DNA of 64,000 nucleotides from Sphingomonadaceae bacterium (GCA_050261575.1 JBLNDL010000070.1:1-64000), one strand, 5' to 3'. Positions 17,084 to 26,739 are shown, counted from the stretch's first letter. Numbers and translations: made by a program. The notes: generated by a model from the letters alone, not told the origin.

Positions 17084-18019
17084 CTACAGCTTGGCCCAAG
17101 CCTCTTTGAAGGTCCGCTTGCAGTTGGCGATCAGCAACTCCGAGGACTGTCCGGGCTGCGGCTTCACCTCGAAGGTCAGCCACGGCACCCCCGTGGGCAA
17201 CTGCTTCTCGAAGTAGCCAATCTCGTGGAGAGCGGACAAGAACTCCGTCAGCTCGGCCACGTCGGCCACGCCACCCTCCATCCCGAATGCAGGGTGGCTG
17301 TCGCCGTAGTAGGGATGGTTGGCGTCATCCCTGATACAGCTCCCCAGGTGGGCATGTATCAGGTATTCCTTCGTCGTCTGGAGCGATTCCCGGTAGCTCT
17401 CCCCGATCAAAGGCAGATGGCCCATGTCGATTGTGAGCCCGAAATTGGTGTGGGAGGCTCGGACACGGGCCGCCACTTCCACGGCAAGCGCACTCGGGCC
17501 CACCAGACTTCGCTTGTCGATCGATCGGTCGAACGTCTCCAGACCGATCCAGACAGGATTCCCGCTGGCCTTTGCCTCCGCGTAGGCGCACAGCTCCTGT
17601 AAAGACCGCACCAACTGATCTACGGCTCGGCCTTCCATCTCGGGCCCGGGATAGGTCTTCGCGCCGTCCAGGACCTCCACCAGCGGCGCACCCAAGACGT
17701 AGGCATCGTCGACGCTCTTCCTCAACGCCTCGACCGCTGCCCGCCGCGCGTCCTCGTCGAGGCTCGCCAGGTTGAGCTTGCCTCCCAGCACCACCGGTGC
17801 GGCGCTTATGCCCACGTCGGCGTGAGCATCTCTCGCCATCTTGGCGACGGCTTTCGTCGTCTCGTCGTCCATTCTGCCTACCACCAGCACGCCGAAGAAG
17901 CCGTCCTGAAAGATCTGCTTGGCCGTCTCCAGGGTCCGAGCGGGATTGCCCGCCGCATCAGGAAACATCATCACCTGAATTACGCCCAGCCTCAGGTACT
18001 TCCGCCATGAGCCTACCAT
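17084..18019 (-). CDS. Sugar phosphate isomerase/epimerase (xylose isomerase-like TIM barrel)
   Basis: LETFD, TIDMGH, HAHLG, D.HP, FEVKP metal-binding pattern. Confidence 0.8.
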   Translation of the reverse strand: MVGSWRKYLRLGVIQVMMFPDAAGNPARTLETAKQIFQDGFFGVLVVGRMDDETTKAVAKMARDAHADVGISAAPVVLGGKLNLASLDEDARRAAVEALRKSVDDAYVLGAPLVEVLDGAKTYPGPEMEGRAVDQLVRSLQELCAYAEAKASGNPVWIGLETFDRSIDKRSLVGPSALAVEVAARVRASHTNFGLTIDMGHLPLIGESYRESLQTTKEYLIHAHLGSCIRDDANHPYYGDSHPAFGMEGGVADVAELTEFLSALHEIGYFEKQLPTGVPWLTFEVKPQPGQSSELLIANCKRTFKEAWAKL

Positions 18020-18178
18020 GGTGAACCCCCATCAGTAGCGTTCGACTGTCTACCATCAGCTATCAGCAGTCGGCTGTCAGCTCTCGGTTCACGAGCGGAG
18101 GCCGGCAGCCAACCCGATAGTAGCATGCCGCCCCTGCCACCTTCAAGCAACAGCCCCTGTGACTCAGGGCTCGCCCAT

Positions 18179-18267
18179 CGTCATCCTGAGCAGCGGGCGA
18201 AGGTTCTCCACCTGGCAACGCGGGTGTGTGCCCCATGCGGAGATGCTTCGCTAGGCTCGCCATGATA
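18179..18267 (-). repeat. CGTC-tagged palindromic repeat (~89 bp), copy A
   Basis: CGTCATCCTGAGC..GCGAAGG..CTCC...GGAGATGCTTCGC..GCTC..CATGA; its reverse complement aligns with 23251-23339. Confidence 0.65.
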
Positions 18268-18431
18268 GTAGTAGCGGGGCCTCGGCCGGCGGCGCTTCGA
18301 CGAAAGCGAATTGCGCATGACGGCGCTTTGCGCGGCTTCAGGTGGCCCGAAAGGGCCACGGTGCCACGATGAACCTTCCCAACCCTGTGGTATAGTACGC
18401 TCGTCCTTGGCGGCCATGACTCCCCCTTCTA

Positions 18432-18498
18432 GGCAGGATCTCCAGATAGAGCACACGTTTCCTGCTGGAGAAGTTGACATGAACTAGAGAAACCTGCT
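18432..18498 (-). mobile_element. 67-bp MITE-like element, copy 3
   Basis: GGCAGGATCTCCAG / CTAGAGAAACCTGCT; exact TA duplication C-TA...TA-G. Confidence 0.8.
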
Positions 18499-18548
18499 TA
18501 GGGTGGCCTTCCGCGATTCTCGCATGGCAGTGCATCCGGCAACCCGGT

Positions 18549-18621
18549 GTAGGGCTGGGTCTTATGCCCCACCACCCGCCGGTCCAGAGCACCGGCGGCA
18601 GGGGCTTCTCCCCTGCCCTAC
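18549..18621. repeat. GTAG-type REP doublet (REPIN-like)
   Basis: GTAGGGCTGGG... and GGCAGGGG-CTTCT-CCCCTGCC-CTAC; matches 6012-6065 in reverse orientation. Confidence 0.6.
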
Positions 18622-18677
18622 GTCAAAGAGGACTGTTGCCGGCAGACGACAGTTGATAGCTCGAGAGGTGAGATCCC

Positions 18678-20093
18678 GTGCCATCAGTGCGATTCCTGGG
18701 TGCCGCCGGCACCGTCACCGGCGCCAAGTTCCTGGTATCCTCCGAAAAGGCCCAGGTCATGGTCGACTGTGGGCTCTTCCAGGGTCTCAAGGAGCTCCGC
18801 TTGATGAACTGGGAGAGGCCATCCTTCGATCCCGAAGCGATCGACGCGCTGATCCTGACCCACGCCCACCTCGATCACACCGGCTACATCCCCCGGCTGG
18901 TCAGGCACGGCTTCCGCGGACCGATCCACGCAACCCCGCCCACCATCGACCTCTGCGGCATCCTCCTTCCCGACTCCGGGCACCTACAGGAGGAGCAGGC
19001 GGAGCACGCCAACCGGCACGGCTACTCCAAGCACTCCCCTGCCCTACCACTCTACACCGCCGCCGAGGCGATGGCTTCGCTCCAGTACCTGACGCCATGC
19101 CCTTACGGCCAGATAACGGAGGTAGCCGAGGGGATCCGGGTCCGCTTGCTGGACGCCGGCCACATCCTGGGCTCCGCCATCGTGGAGATGTGGGTACGGG
19201 ATCGGGGTCGCGAGATCAAGCTGGTCTTCTCCGGTGACCTGGGTCGCTACGGCGAGCCGCTGCTGGCCGATCCAACCCCCATCGCCGAGGCCGACTACCT
19301 GTTGGTGGAGTCCACCTACGGAGGCCGGAACCACTCGGACGGAGATCCGCAGGAGCAGTTGGCTGAGGCCGTGTCCGCAGCAGTCGCAGCGGGTGGCCCG
19401 CTGCTTATCCCCTCCTTCTCCGTTGGTCGCACCCAGCAACTGCTGTACACCCTCCACTGTCTCGAGGCGGACGGGACGATCCCTCCCCTTCCAGTGTACG
19501 TGGACAGCCCCATGGCCATCGACGCCACGGAGATCTTCCTGGCTCACCCCACGGCCCACGACATGGAGTTGCAGAGGCTGGAGGCAGGCGGGGATAACCC
19601 CTTCAGGTTGCGACACCTGCGCTTCGTGCGATCACCAGAGGAGTCTGAGTCGCTGGACAATCGCGAGGGGCCGATGGTGCTGATCTCGGCGAGCGGCATG
19701 GCCACCGGAGGCCGCGTCCTGCATCACCTGGAGGCCTTCCTGGACGATCCGAAGGCAACGGTCCTCTTCGTTGGCTATCAGGCGGCTGGCACACGAGGCC
19801 GAAGCCTTCTAGACGGTGCCGACAAACTGAAGCTGCTGGGACACGAGGTACCTGTCCGGGCCCGAATCAGACAGATCGACGGTTTCTCGGCCCACGCCGA
19901 TCAGGGAGAGACCCTCCGCTGGCTGGCCGGGTTCAAGCATCCCCCTGCCACCACGTTCCTTGTCCACGGTGAGGAGGAGAGCTGCAGGGCTTTAGCGGAA
20001 AGCATCCGGTGCAGCCTGGGTTGGCGTACCCGAATTGCGGAACTGTACCAGGAGGTAGAGCTACCTCCTTTGGAGCGGGCAGCGGTACAATAG
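18678..20093 (+). CDS. MBL-fold beta-CASP ribonuclease
   Basis: VDCGLFQG, THAHLDH, AGHILGS, SGDLG, ESTYG, SGMATGGR, FSAHAD, LVHGE. Confidence 0.93.
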   Translation: MPSVRFLGAAGTVTGAKFLVSSEKAQVMVDCGLFQGLKELRLMNWERPSFDPEAIDALILTHAHLDHTGYIPRLVRHGFRGPIHATPPTIDLCGILLPDSGHLQEEQAEHANRHGYSKHSPALPLYTAAEAMASLQYLTPCPYGQITEVAEGIRVRLLDAGHILGSAIVEMWVRDRGREIKLVFSGDLGRYGEPLLADPTPIAEADYLLVESTYGGRNHSDGDPQEQLAEAVSAAVAAGGPLLIPSFSVGRTQQLLYTLHCLEADGTIPPLPVYVDSPMAIDATEIFLAHPTAHDMELQRLEAGGDNPFRLRHLRFVRSPEESESLDNREGPMVLISASGMATGGRVLHHLEAFLDDPKATVLFVGYQAAGTRGRSLLDGADKLKLLGHEVPVRARIRQIDGFSAHADQGETLRWLAGFKHPPATTFLVHGEEESCRALAESIRCSLGWRTRIAELYQEVELPPLERAAVQ

Positions 20094-20097
20094 AGGC

Positions 20098-20685
20098 GTG
20101 CTCCCGGAACACGACGCGGAACGCATACGAATAGTGGACGATGAGGGTCACCCCGCCCTGATGGTGGACCGCGTGATCCTCTCTGCTGCCCCTAACGGGG
20201 CCGAACCCCCATCCGGTTACTGGGCAGCCATGCTGCCAGAGGGCTCCCCAAGGAGTGCCCTCCTACTTGGCCTCGGCGGCGGCACGCTGGCGCGACTCCT
20301 CCACCTTCGCTACCCATCCATCCGGATGGTTGGAGTGGACATCGACGAGGAGGTAGTCCGGTTCGCCCAGGAGCGGTTCGGGCTGGAGATCCCCAACCTC
20401 GCGGTGGTGATCGGCGACGCCTTCACCTACGTCGAAGAATGCGCGGAAGGCTTCGACTTCGTTGCCGTGGACCTGTTCGTGGGATACGACTTTCAATCCA
20501 GAGTGGTATCCAAGCCCTTCCTACGCGCGCTGAAGGCCATGGTGGGGTCCGGTGGCGAGGTCGTCTTCAATCTGTTCAAGGACCGCCGCACAGAGAAGCG
20601 GCTCGAGAAGATCGGCCGCGTCTTGAGGGTACACAGAGTGGACAGAGTAGGCCGCAACGTGGTGGTTCATTGCCGCGCGACCTGA
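20098..20685 (+). CDS. Class I SAM-dependent methyltransferase (spermidine-synthase-like)
   Basis: LLLGLGGG, GVDID, GDAF, VDLF motifs. Confidence 0.8.
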   Translation: MLPEHDAERIRIVDDEGHPALMVDRVILSAAPNGAEPPSGYWAAMLPEGSPRSALLLGLGGGTLARLLHLRYPSIRMVGVDIDEEVVRFAQERFGLEIPNLAVVIGDAFTYVEECAEGFDFVAVDLFVGYDFQSRVVSKPFLRALKAMVGSGGEVVFNLFKDRRTEKRLEKIGRVLRVHRVDRVGRNVVVHCRAT

Positions 20686-20802
20686 TCGGAGTACGGGCCA
20701 CGGCATGCCCGATGCGGGGCAGGACTCCCCGAGGCAGAGTGCTCACGCTCGACGGCCGTGAGCAGCCCCGACCTCGGCCACGGAACGGAACACGCGCAGC
20801 GC

Positions 20803-21045
20803 TCAGGGGATCAGCGACTCGAGTCGGCTCATCACCACCAGCAGCACTACGACCGCAACCGCAAACACCACCGTCGCGACGACATAAGACCTCGAGGAGG
20901 TAGACCTACCTCCATCCGCCTCCGCACGGCCTTGCGGCCGGTCGACGGTGGGTCTTTGAAACACGCCGGTGTACAACTGAGCGCCGCACTTCCGGCACCG
21001 GAGACTCCCCTCGGTCTCGATAGTGAGACACTTTGGACAGATCAC
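20803..21045 (-). CDS. Small zinc-ribbon membrane protein
   Basis: CPKC...CRKCG followed by a C-terminal hydrophobic helix; GGAAGGA RBS. Confidence 0.7.
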   Translation of the reverse strand: MICPKCLTIETEGSLRCRKCGAQLYTGVFQRPTVDRPQGRAEADGGRSTSSRSYVVATVVFAVAVVVLLVVMSRLESLIP

Positions 21046-21299
21046 AGGGGATCCTTCCTGGGCTGCAGATCACCGACAACCACAAGGCGATGGGGCATTT
21101 CCCGGCTCGCACGAGCGGGGAAACGGGATTCACTATCCCATATCATGGGGTAGATCGCGCAGGTTTGCAAGCCCCGGCGCCAACCCATCGAACGCGAAGC
21201 ACCGGTTACGGCTCGATTCTAGCGACCGTTAGCTGCCCACAGCGGAGCCAGTAGCGAGTCGCGCCGAGGCCGGATAGGGAAGCGGTAGTGCGATGAGCG

Positions 21300-21338
21300 G
21301 GTTGCCGGAAGCGGCCGTCGCGGCCGCTTCCGGCAACC
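21300..21338 (-). terminator. Long hairpin after the RidA-thyX-Ubl unit
   Basis: 18-bp perfect stem GGTTGCCGGAAGCGGCCG / CGGCCGCTTCCGGCAACC, 11 nt after the stop at 21350. Confidence 0.55.
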
Positions 21339-21349
21339 GATACGGGATC

Positions 21350-21571
21350 TCAACTGGCTCCAGCCAAGATGACGCGGTCCCCGTTGTTCAATACTGCCGA
21401 GCGAACCACGGGACTGCCGTTTACCATCGCCATCTGCACGTCGGCCGAAGCAATGGAGAGGTGCCCGATCAGGTACTCCACCGTCGAGCCCCAAGGAAGC
21501 TGCACCGACATCCGATGCTGGGGCTGACCATTGCCAGCAATAGCGCCTCGCAACGTTACTTGGACCCGCAC
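21350..21571 (-). CDS. MoaD/ThiS-like beta-grasp protein lacking C-terminal Gly-Gly
   Basis: AAGGAGGT RBS; GSTV..L...L.I......VNG......L..GDRV.L pattern; ends LAGAS. Confidence 0.7.
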   Translation of the reverse strand: MRVQVTLRGAIAGNGQPQHRMSVQLPWGSTVEYLIGHLSIASADVQMAMVNGSPVVRSAVLNNGDRVILAGAS

Positions 21572-21628
21572 CGCACCACCTCCTTCGGAATAACGCGGGG
21601 AGGCTCGGCAAGATGTGGGCCACGACGG

Positions 21629-22414
21629 TCACACCTTGTGGTGGATCGTGGCAGTGCCCAGGGAGCCATCCTCGAGGGTCACTACCTGGAAGTCACCGAA
21701 GAGATTGGGGGCCTCCTGCCGCATGATCTGCAACAGCTTCACCGCCACCTTGCGGATCTCCGGCTCGGCCGCGGCCGAGCCCCGAAGCTCGATGAAGTGC
21801 CGTAGGGCCCTGGCGTTGGCGGTGACGAAGATCTTCGTCTCGGTGGCGTTGGGTAGGACGCTCCGCGCCGCCTGCCGAGCCATCTTCCGCTTCGAGGTGC
21901 GGCTCATCTCCGGATACTGCTGATCCACGAGCGTGGAGAGCCTCTCCACGAGCGCCACGTAGCTCCGGTGGCTGGTTTCGATCGCCTCTTGCCAAAGGCG
22001 ATGAGCCTGAGGGTCGTTGGCAATCACGTCGGGCTCCACGAAGTCGGCGGTGGACTCATCCACGTATCGCTGGGACAACTGGGAATATCCCCAGCCCGCC
22101 CGATGCCGGATCAACTCGTGGGTGAGGGAGCGAGAGACCCCCGTGATGATGAAGTTCCACACAGCGTGCTCCAAGACGCTGCCGTGGCCGGACTCAATGA
22201 TGTTCTCGAAGTACTCGGCGTTGCTCTTGCGACCCTGCCTGCTACCGAAAGACATGTAGCAGATGCGCCCGGCCATCTCCGCCAGCGTCTCGGCTCCGCT
22301 CTCCGTCTCGGTGCTCCACGTGGTCTCGTGGTCTCGGAGGAAGCGATCTATCACCTCCTGCTCCACCACTTGCCTGCCCACCAGGTAGATCTCCGGCTCC
22401 CTGATTACCCTCAT
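21629..22414 (-). CDS. thyX: FAD-dependent thymidylate synthase
   Basis: GHGSVLEH, SRS..HELIRHR....SQ.SQRY ThyX motif, AR.VLPNATET, N.RALRHF..LR. Confidence 0.95.
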   Translation of the reverse strand: MRVIREPEIYLVGRQVVEQEVIDRFLRDHETTWSTETESGAETLAEMAGRICYMSFGSRQGRKSNAEYFENIIESGHGSVLEHAVWNFIITGVSRSLTHELIRHRAGWGYSQLSQRYVDESTADFVEPDVIANDPQAHRLWQEAIETSHRSYVALVERLSTLVDQQYPEMSRTSKRKMARQAARSVLPNATETKIFVTANARALRHFIELRGSAAAEPEIRKVAVKLLQIMRQEAPNLFGDFQVVTLEDGSLGTATIHHKV

Positions 22415-22489
22415 CGAGTCCACTCCTCAACCTCTACGCCACAGTCTGGGGCGGCCCGCCGGGCCGCCCCGCCGCCCTCGCAGGCGCCC

Positions 22490-22954
22490 TCAGTCAGATT
22501 CCACCTCTACGATCATCTCTATTTCTACCGGTATCCCGTTGGGCAGGGATGCCATGCCGACGGCCGACCGGGCATGCCGGCCCCTTTCCCCGAAGAGCTC
22601 CACCAGCAGATCCGAGGCCCCGTTTATCACCCTGGGATGATCCCCGAAGTCTGGAGCAGAGTTTACCATGCCGAGCAGCTTCACCACGCGGCGCACCCTG
22701 GACAGTTCGCCTATCTCGGCCTTCAGAGAGGCCAGGAGATTCAGTGCGACTGCCTGAGCAGCCTCGTACCCCTCCTCCACGCTGAGGTCCCGACCCAGCT
22801 TGCCGCGCCATCGCGGCCCTCCCGGCCGGTCCGGCCCGTGTCCCGAGATGTAGACCATATTCCCACTGCGCACCGCCCGCACGTAGTTGGCCACCGGTGC
22901 AGGCAACTCGGGTAGCGCCAGGCCTCGCGCCTCCAACTTCTCCTCGGGTGTCAT
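22490..22954 (-). CDS. RidA/YjgF family protein
   Basis: PVANYV, YISGH, INGAS, G.HARSAVG..LP..PVEIE. Confidence 0.92.
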   Translation of the reverse strand: MTPEEKLEARGLALPELPAPVANYVRAVRSGNMVYISGHGPDRPGGPRWRGKLGRDLSVEEGYEAAQAVALNLLASLKAEIGELSRVRRVVKLLGMVNSAPDFGDHPRVINGASDLLVELFGERGRHARSAVGMASLPNGIPVEIEMIVEVESD

Positions 22955-23250
22955 CGGCACTCCTCCCTCCGACCTAGATCTCTTGTCGAGCGCCCACCCC
23001 CGTCCCGTCGCAGGGGCTGCCGCTCTACCGGCCCGTCTACTCGTACACGCGACAACGTAGGGGCACCGCGACGCTGTGCCCGCCTCGCCACGCGCTGCCG
23101 CCCCGCCCGGGCGGCGTGGCCCCTGCTGGCAATGTTACTAGGTTGATCCAGGTACGCCAAGACCTCATCCTCCTACGCGCAGCGCTTTCTAAACCCACCC
23201 AGATCGTCGTGCCAAGCGTGGTGGGGCCCTCGCCGCGGCCCCACCACAGG

Positions 23251-23339
23251 TGTCATGCTGAGCGAAGCGAAGCATCTCCACGTGGGGAACGGACCAGCAC
23301 TGCCGCGTGGAGACCCTTCGCCTGCGGCTCGGGGTTACG
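23251..23339 (+). repeat. CGTC-tagged palindromic repeat, copy B
   Basis: TGTCATGCTGAGCGAAGCGAAGCATCTCC...GGAGACCCTTCGCCTGCGGCTCGGGGTTACG; GTAG-type REPs nearby at about 23057-23126. Confidence 0.65.
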
Positions 23340-23507
23340 ATGAGCAAGCCCTGCTTGCGCGAATGGAGTCGTCCGCCCCACCAGGACCTCGCTTCGCGGA
23401 TGGGGGGCCCCGATCGTGGAGGGCAACGTGCTGCGCCCGATGGGGGCTTGAGACGCCGGTACGCTACTTGCCCTTCTCCGCCCAGCATTCGATGTAGAGG
23501 GCTACTG

Positions 23508-25265
23508 TTGCAGCTCGGCGATGTGCGGCTGCCGGCATGGATACGGCAGTCGAGGGCGCTGTCCAGGGAGTTGTCTCTGAGCCACCGGGAGTTCCTCCTG
23601 CTCCTGGTGCTGTTTGTCTGCCTCCGGCTCTCACTTCTGCTGATCTCACGGCCCCAGGGCTACTTCTACGACGCCTCCGACTACGACTTCTATCTGGAGT
23701 TCGGCAGGCTGGCGGACCGGGGCCTCTACCCGATGCTGCACTACTGGACCGAGTACCCGCCCGTATTCCCCTGGATCTCCGTGGCCGCCTACAGGGCGGT
23801 CGAGGCACTGCCGACCCTCAACGGAAGCCCGATCTTCTGGCTTCGGCTGGCCCTGGGAAGCTTCCTGCTGCTCTTCGATATCGGAAATCTGGTCCTGATC
23901 TACATCCTGGGCCACGCCATCCACACCCCGGCCAGGGCCATCAGGGGGGCGTGGATGTACAGCCTGCTGTTCACCCCCCTGCACGTCTGGCTCGGCTGGT
24001 TCGACACGATGCCCCTCTTCTTCCTGCTGCTCGCGGTGACCCTGGGAGTGAAGGGGAGGCGCGACTGGGCATCGCTCGCCGCCGGATTCGGCTTCATGGT
24101 GAAGATACTCCCCGCGCTCGCCTTCCCGACGCTGCTAAGGGCAGAGCAACGGCCTTGGGCATGGGTGAAGATGGTGGGCCTCGCCACCCTCGCCGCGGCG
24201 AGCGTCGCGCTACCCTTCCTGCTGGCGGCACCCCAGTTCCTGCGAGCCTCCTTCCAGTCCATGTTCAGCCGGTCTCCCTGGGAGACTCCCTGGGCGATCT
24301 ACGAGGGGTACTTCGGCTACGGCCAGGTGGCGCCCCTCCAGGATCGGCTCGATCCCTCCACCGCGGGCTACCAGGCGTACGAGAGCCACCTGCCGTGGAC
24401 GGCCATCGGCCTGGGCTTCGCGGTCCTGTACCTGCTGCTCTGGTGGCTCTCGGCGCGCAGGCAGGATGCTCGCCAGGGACTGAACCAGGTCGCCTTCACT
24501 GGGCTCTCCATCAACCTGTTCCTGCTTTTTTCGAAGGGATACAGCCCTCAGTTCCTCGTCTACCTCGTCCCCTTCGTCCTCCTGGTGGTCCCGCCCCTGC
24601 GGGCGGTCGGCTACTTGAGTCTGTTGGGGGTGATCAACCTCATCGAGTACCCCGTCTACCTCGCCCTCTTCCGCGACCAGGACTGGGTGCTTCGGGACCT
24701 GGTCGCCATGAGAACGGGTATCCTCCTCCTGCTGACTTGGGAGTACCTGGTAGCCCTGGATCTATCACCCAGACTGGAAACCATCAGGCAGCTCGTCGGG
24801 GTGGCGGCGGCCCTCCTGTTTCTCGCCTGGGCCGTGATGGCGCTGCCCCAAGCGGGAGAGAAGTGGGCCGAGGCGTCCCTCCAGCGCCACCCAGATGCCA
24901 CCCTTATCGACTACCTGGTGGCCAACGCCGGGTCCCAGGCCCTGGTCGTCTTCACCGACCAGGGCCTCTATCGAGAGTTCTACCCGTACCTCCACCAGCG
25001 AACCAACCTCCTGCTGGTGGATCCCGTGCAGGAGAGCGGTGCCGCGTCCGCGGTGCCGCCGGGACCTGCGACCCTGCAGGAGAAGCCGGACTTTGCCGAC
25101 CAGGTGAGGGAGATCACGGAGCAGTACCGCGAGGTCTTCGGCGTCCGGCAACTGGACGATCCAAGGGGAAGACGGCTGGAGCAACTGCTGGCACAATCGA
25201 GCCGTCTGCTGTCGGGCCGTCGGGTGAACGATCTCACCGTCACTCGCTGGAGCACTCACTGGTAG
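23508..25265 (+). CDS. GT-C superfamily (GT87-like) integral membrane glycosyltransferase
   Basis: D..FY...YP...YW.EYPP, W.GWFD, K..P, K.YSPQF motifs and many TM helices; start uncertain (TTG 23508 with AGAGG). Confidence 0.75.
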   Translation: MQLGDVRLPAWIRQSRALSRELSLSHREFLLLLVLFVCLRLSLLLISRPQGYFYDASDYDFYLEFGRLADRGLYPMLHYWTEYPPVFPWISVAAYRAVEALPTLNGSPIFWLRLALGSFLLLFDIGNLVLIYILGHAIHTPARAIRGAWMYSLLFTPLHVWLGWFDTMPLFFLLLAVTLGVKGRRDWASLAAGFGFMVKILPALAFPTLLRAEQRPWAWVKMVGLATLAAASVALPFLLAAPQFLRASFQSMFSRSPWETPWAIYEGYFGYGQVAPLQDRLDPSTAGYQAYESHLPWTAIGLGFAVLYLLLWWLSARRQDARQGLNQVAFTGLSINLFLLFSKGYSPQFLVYLVPFVLLVVPPLRAVGYLSLLGVINLIEYPVYLALFRDQDWVLRDLVAMRTGILLLLTWEYLVALDLSPRLETIRQLVGVAAALLFLAWAVMALPQAGEKWAEASLQRHPDATLIDYLVANAGSQALVVFTDQGLYREFYPYLHQRTNLLLVDPVQESGAASAVPPGPATLQEKPDFADQVREITEQYREVFGVRQLDDPRGRRLEQLLAQSSRLLSGRRVNDLTVTRWSTHW

Positions 25266-25436
25266 ACGGCCGAGGGCCACCGACCTGCAGCCGCGACGCA
25301 TCCGCCGAGAAGGGCCAGTTTGTGCAACCTGTTGCGAGAACGGCACATACCCTCTATACTGCGGGCATCCGCCCCCGAGTCTTCCCCAATCCGCTGTCGA
25401 GTTCCGCGGTAGCAGAACCAGCGCGGAGGTACTGCG

Positions 25437-25826
25437 TTGCAGCCCAAGAAGCTGTTGTTGATCGACGATGAGCCCGCCATCCGGACCCTCGTACGCCTGG
25501 TGATGGAGGGGGACGGATGGCACGTGCTGGTGGCAAGCGACGGAAACCAGGGTCTCGCCCTCGCCCGCGAGCAGCATCCGGACGTCATTCTTCTGGATGT
25601 CGCCCTGCCGGACCTGTCGGGTCTGGAGGTGTGCCGCCAACTGAAGTCCGATCCAGACACGGCCTCCATCCCTGTGGCGATGCTGACGGCGATGGCACAG
25701 GAGACGGACCGAAGGGCAGCTATGTCGCTGGGTGCCGACGACTACGTCACCAAGCCCTGGCGTCCGGCGGCGTTGATCGCGAAGGTCACGAGCCTCCTGG
25801 AGAAAAGGGGTTCTAGTCCAAGCTAA
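25437..25826 (+). CDS. Single-domain response regulator receiver
   Basis: [30 protein letters not shown]. Confidence 0.9.
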   Translation: MQPKKLLLIDDEPAIRTLVRLVMEGDGWHVLVASDGNQGLALAREQHPDVILLDVALPDLSGLEVCRQLKSDPDTASIPVAMLTAMAQETDRRAAMSLGADDYVTKPWRPAALIAKVTSLLEKRGSSPS

Positions 25827-25852
25827 CCACAGTCATTAACTTCCATCTGCAG

Positions 25853-25881
25853 TTGACACCTCTTTACAGCGGGGTTACAAT
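25853..25881 (+). promoter_or_regulatory. sigma70-type promoter
   Basis: TTGACA-N17-TACAAT. Confidence 0.75.
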
Positions 25882-26072
25882 CCAACTGGATTGCTCGGAG
25901 GCAACTCCGTCCGCCCCTCTTTTCCCGTGATCTCGGATTCGAGCCGTCCTCGACGGCGTCCCGGCTTCTGGGTTCCAGCGTAAGGCCCGCGTGAGCGTGC
26001 CGTCCAAACCGAGTCGTGGGCCCGCGTCGAGTTGGGGTAGGAGGAGACTTCGATTCCGATGGGAGACTCAGC

Positions 26073-26711
26073 GTGGAGATCATCTGGCTAGGACATAGCT
26101 GCTTTCGAATCAAAGGCAAGGACCTCACCATCCTAACCGATCCCTTCGATCGCAGTTCTGGCTACAGCCTCGGCAAGGTGACCGCCGACGTGGTAACCGT
26201 GTCCCATCAGGCCCCCGACCACAGCAACGTCGCGGGGGTTGGGGGAAACCCCAAGGTAGTGGATGGCCCAGGGGAGTACGAGATCGGCGGCGTGCTGATC
26301 ACCGGCGTGGCCACCCAGCGGGGCGAGGGGCGGGAAGAGGGCAAGCTTCGCAACACCGCCTACCTGATCGAGATCGACGACCTGACGGTCTGCCACCTGG
26401 GAGATCTCGGCCACATCCTCACACCGCAGCAGGTGGAGCAGATGAATAGCGCCGACGTGCTGATGATCCCGGTCGGAGGAGTCAACACTATCAGCGCCAG
26501 CGAGGCCGCCGAGGTGGTGAGCCAGATCGAGCCGCGCATCGTCATCCCCATGCACTTCAAGACCGACGCTACCTCCCTTCCCTTGGATTCGGTCAACAAG
26601 TTCCTTCGGGAGGTGGGGATGCCGGACCTGAAACCCCAGCCCAAGCTGATCGTAAACAGGGGGAGCCTCCCCGAGGAGACCACAGTCATCCTGTTGGATT
26701 ACCGGCGCTAA
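26073..26711 (+). CDS. MBL-fold metallo-hydrolase (UlaG-like / lactamase_B_3)
   Basis: WLGHSCF, TDPF, SH..PDHS, HLGDLG, PVGG, IPMHF. Confidence 0.88.
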   Translation: MEIIWLGHSCFRIKGKDLTILTDPFDRSSGYSLGKVTADVVTVSHQAPDHSNVAGVGGNPKVVDGPGEYEIGGVLITGVATQRGEGREEGKLRNTAYLIEIDDLTVCHLGDLGHILTPQQVEQMNSADVLMIPVGGVNTISASEAAEVVSQIEPRIVIPMHFKTDATSLPLDSVNKFLREVGMPDLKPQPKLIVNRGSLPEETTVILLDYRR

Positions 26712-26739
26712 GCCCTACAGTTTCTGGAAGGACACTCCT

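Noticed and set aside
17040..17183. 100-nt overlap between epimerase and transketolase
   Set aside because: Removed by using ATG 17039, which has its own RBS.
18181..18418. Small ORF MAAKDERT... with SD-like sequence
   Set aside because: Its 3' part runs through the CGTC repeat and it abuts the MITE; no protein-like features.
25888..26072. 6S, SRP or tmRNA identity for the leader
   Set aside because: Length fits 6S, but no convincing end-to-end rod or SRP/tmRNA signature was seen; kept only as an unnamed candidate.
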